DNA of 63,906 bases, filler included, from Reticulomyxa filosa (taxonomy: Eukaryota > Protista > Foraminifera): NCBI GenBank assembly GCA_000512085.1. It is 27 parts of 27 records of this genome, joined end to end, with 100 filler letters (N's around TTAATTAATTAA, not from the genome) between each part and the next. Parts side by side here need not be neighbours in the genome. Positions count along the whole stretch, not along the records: positions 62,829 to 63,906 come from ASPP01008416.1; 26 more parts are not named here. One strand, written 5' to 3'. Both the position numbers and the translations under genes were made by a program. Under the pieces are notes generated by a model, which saw only the letters and a program-made list of their open reading frames with translations, ran no database searches and had not been told where the DNA came from. Below, in pieces: positions 63,259 through 63,906 of this stretch (position 1 is the stretch's first letter; every line of letters starts with the position of its first letter).

Positions 63259-63906
63259 ATGAGCGTTATTTCTTTTCTTGAAGAAGAAGCAACAGTTTTA
63301 AAAGCCGCTGTTTATTGTGTCATCCTTCTTTTTTTTTTTTTTTTGAACTTGTTCCAAAGGGGGGGGGTGACATTTTTTGAAGGAAGGGAGATTGTAAACA
63401 AATAAAAACGAATTGCAATAGGAAAAGCATAGCGTATCAACAAATGGGACAAATGGAGAGAAACAAAGCAACGAGAAGATAACAAAGAAGAAAAGGCCAT
63501 CAAACAACAAAGGTCAATTTCAAAACCAAGTTCAAGGTCAAGATCAAGATCAAGATCAAGGAAAAGGCAAAGGCAAAAGAGGTGGTGGCGCGAAGACAAT
63601 GAAGCGCTATCAAAAGCGTGCGCGCGAAATGAATGGCGATTTTGGGTTTGTGGATCGCGACGTGAAGCGACGACGGATCGACCGCGGCCGCGATGCCGGA
63701 TATGCCCAACAGCTGATCGGCTCGAGTCCCGGGTATGGTCATGTCGACTTGATGCAAGCGCACGTTGTCGACAATGCGCACTGTCATAAAGGGGCACGTT
63801 GGCCCCCCTCCGATGTGGAGCTTTATCACCATTATGATGTATTGCCGCATCTGCTTCAACATGACAATAGCAATAGCAATAGCAATAGCAATAGCAATAG
63901 CAATAA
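63259..63906 (+). CDS. Hypothetical low-complexity protein (runs off window end)
   Basis: Exon 63259-63309 (MSVISFLEEEATVLKAA), phase-0 intron to AG63420, then open frame EKHSVSTNG...QDQDQDQGKGKG...DVKRRRIDRG...DNSNSNS to the end. Confidence 0.55.

Noticed and set aside
63312-63862. Minus-strand ORFs at the window end
   Set aside because: Shadows of an open + strand exon (63421 to end) with a proper acceptor site.

Overview
This is not one locus. The window is a concatenation of 27 AT-rich eukaryotic contigs or contig parts, joined by 26 identical artificial 100-bp spacers (44 N + TTAATTAATTAA + 44 N), so neighbourhood arguments only hold inside a segment. Genes have short GT-AG introns rich in poly-A/T and (AT)n, use the standard code, and carry many microsatellite-encoded low-complexity tracts. 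The expanded WD40/kelch/TRAF families, the heavy pseudogene load and a rhizarian-type EFL relic point to a foraminiferan such as Reticulomyxa (inference, not verified). Recognisable content: a kelch+WD40 fusion, an atypical Ras-like GTPase, a TRAF-zinc-finger/coiled-coil/WD40 protein, SAM-TPR, two PPR proteins, SelO/YdiU with a Cys-type C-terminus, a LAMMER/CLK kinase fragment, an ankyrin protein, GNL3/Nug1, a secreted vWA + Pro/Thr-repeat adhesin-like protein, a split cNMP-binding protein and a SAM-DEP protein. Also present are a CRE-clade RLE non-LTR retrotransposon relic with internal deletions, a LINE ORF1 relic, an EFL pseudogene, and two paralogues of an unrecognised Ser/Pro-rich membrane-anchored family with tandem NES-like motifs. 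I see no convincing new multi-gene system. The best novelty candidates are that orphan family, the vWA-PT adhesin, the atypical GTPase and the deleted CRE element. All family calls are by-eye motif recognition, and no searches were run.
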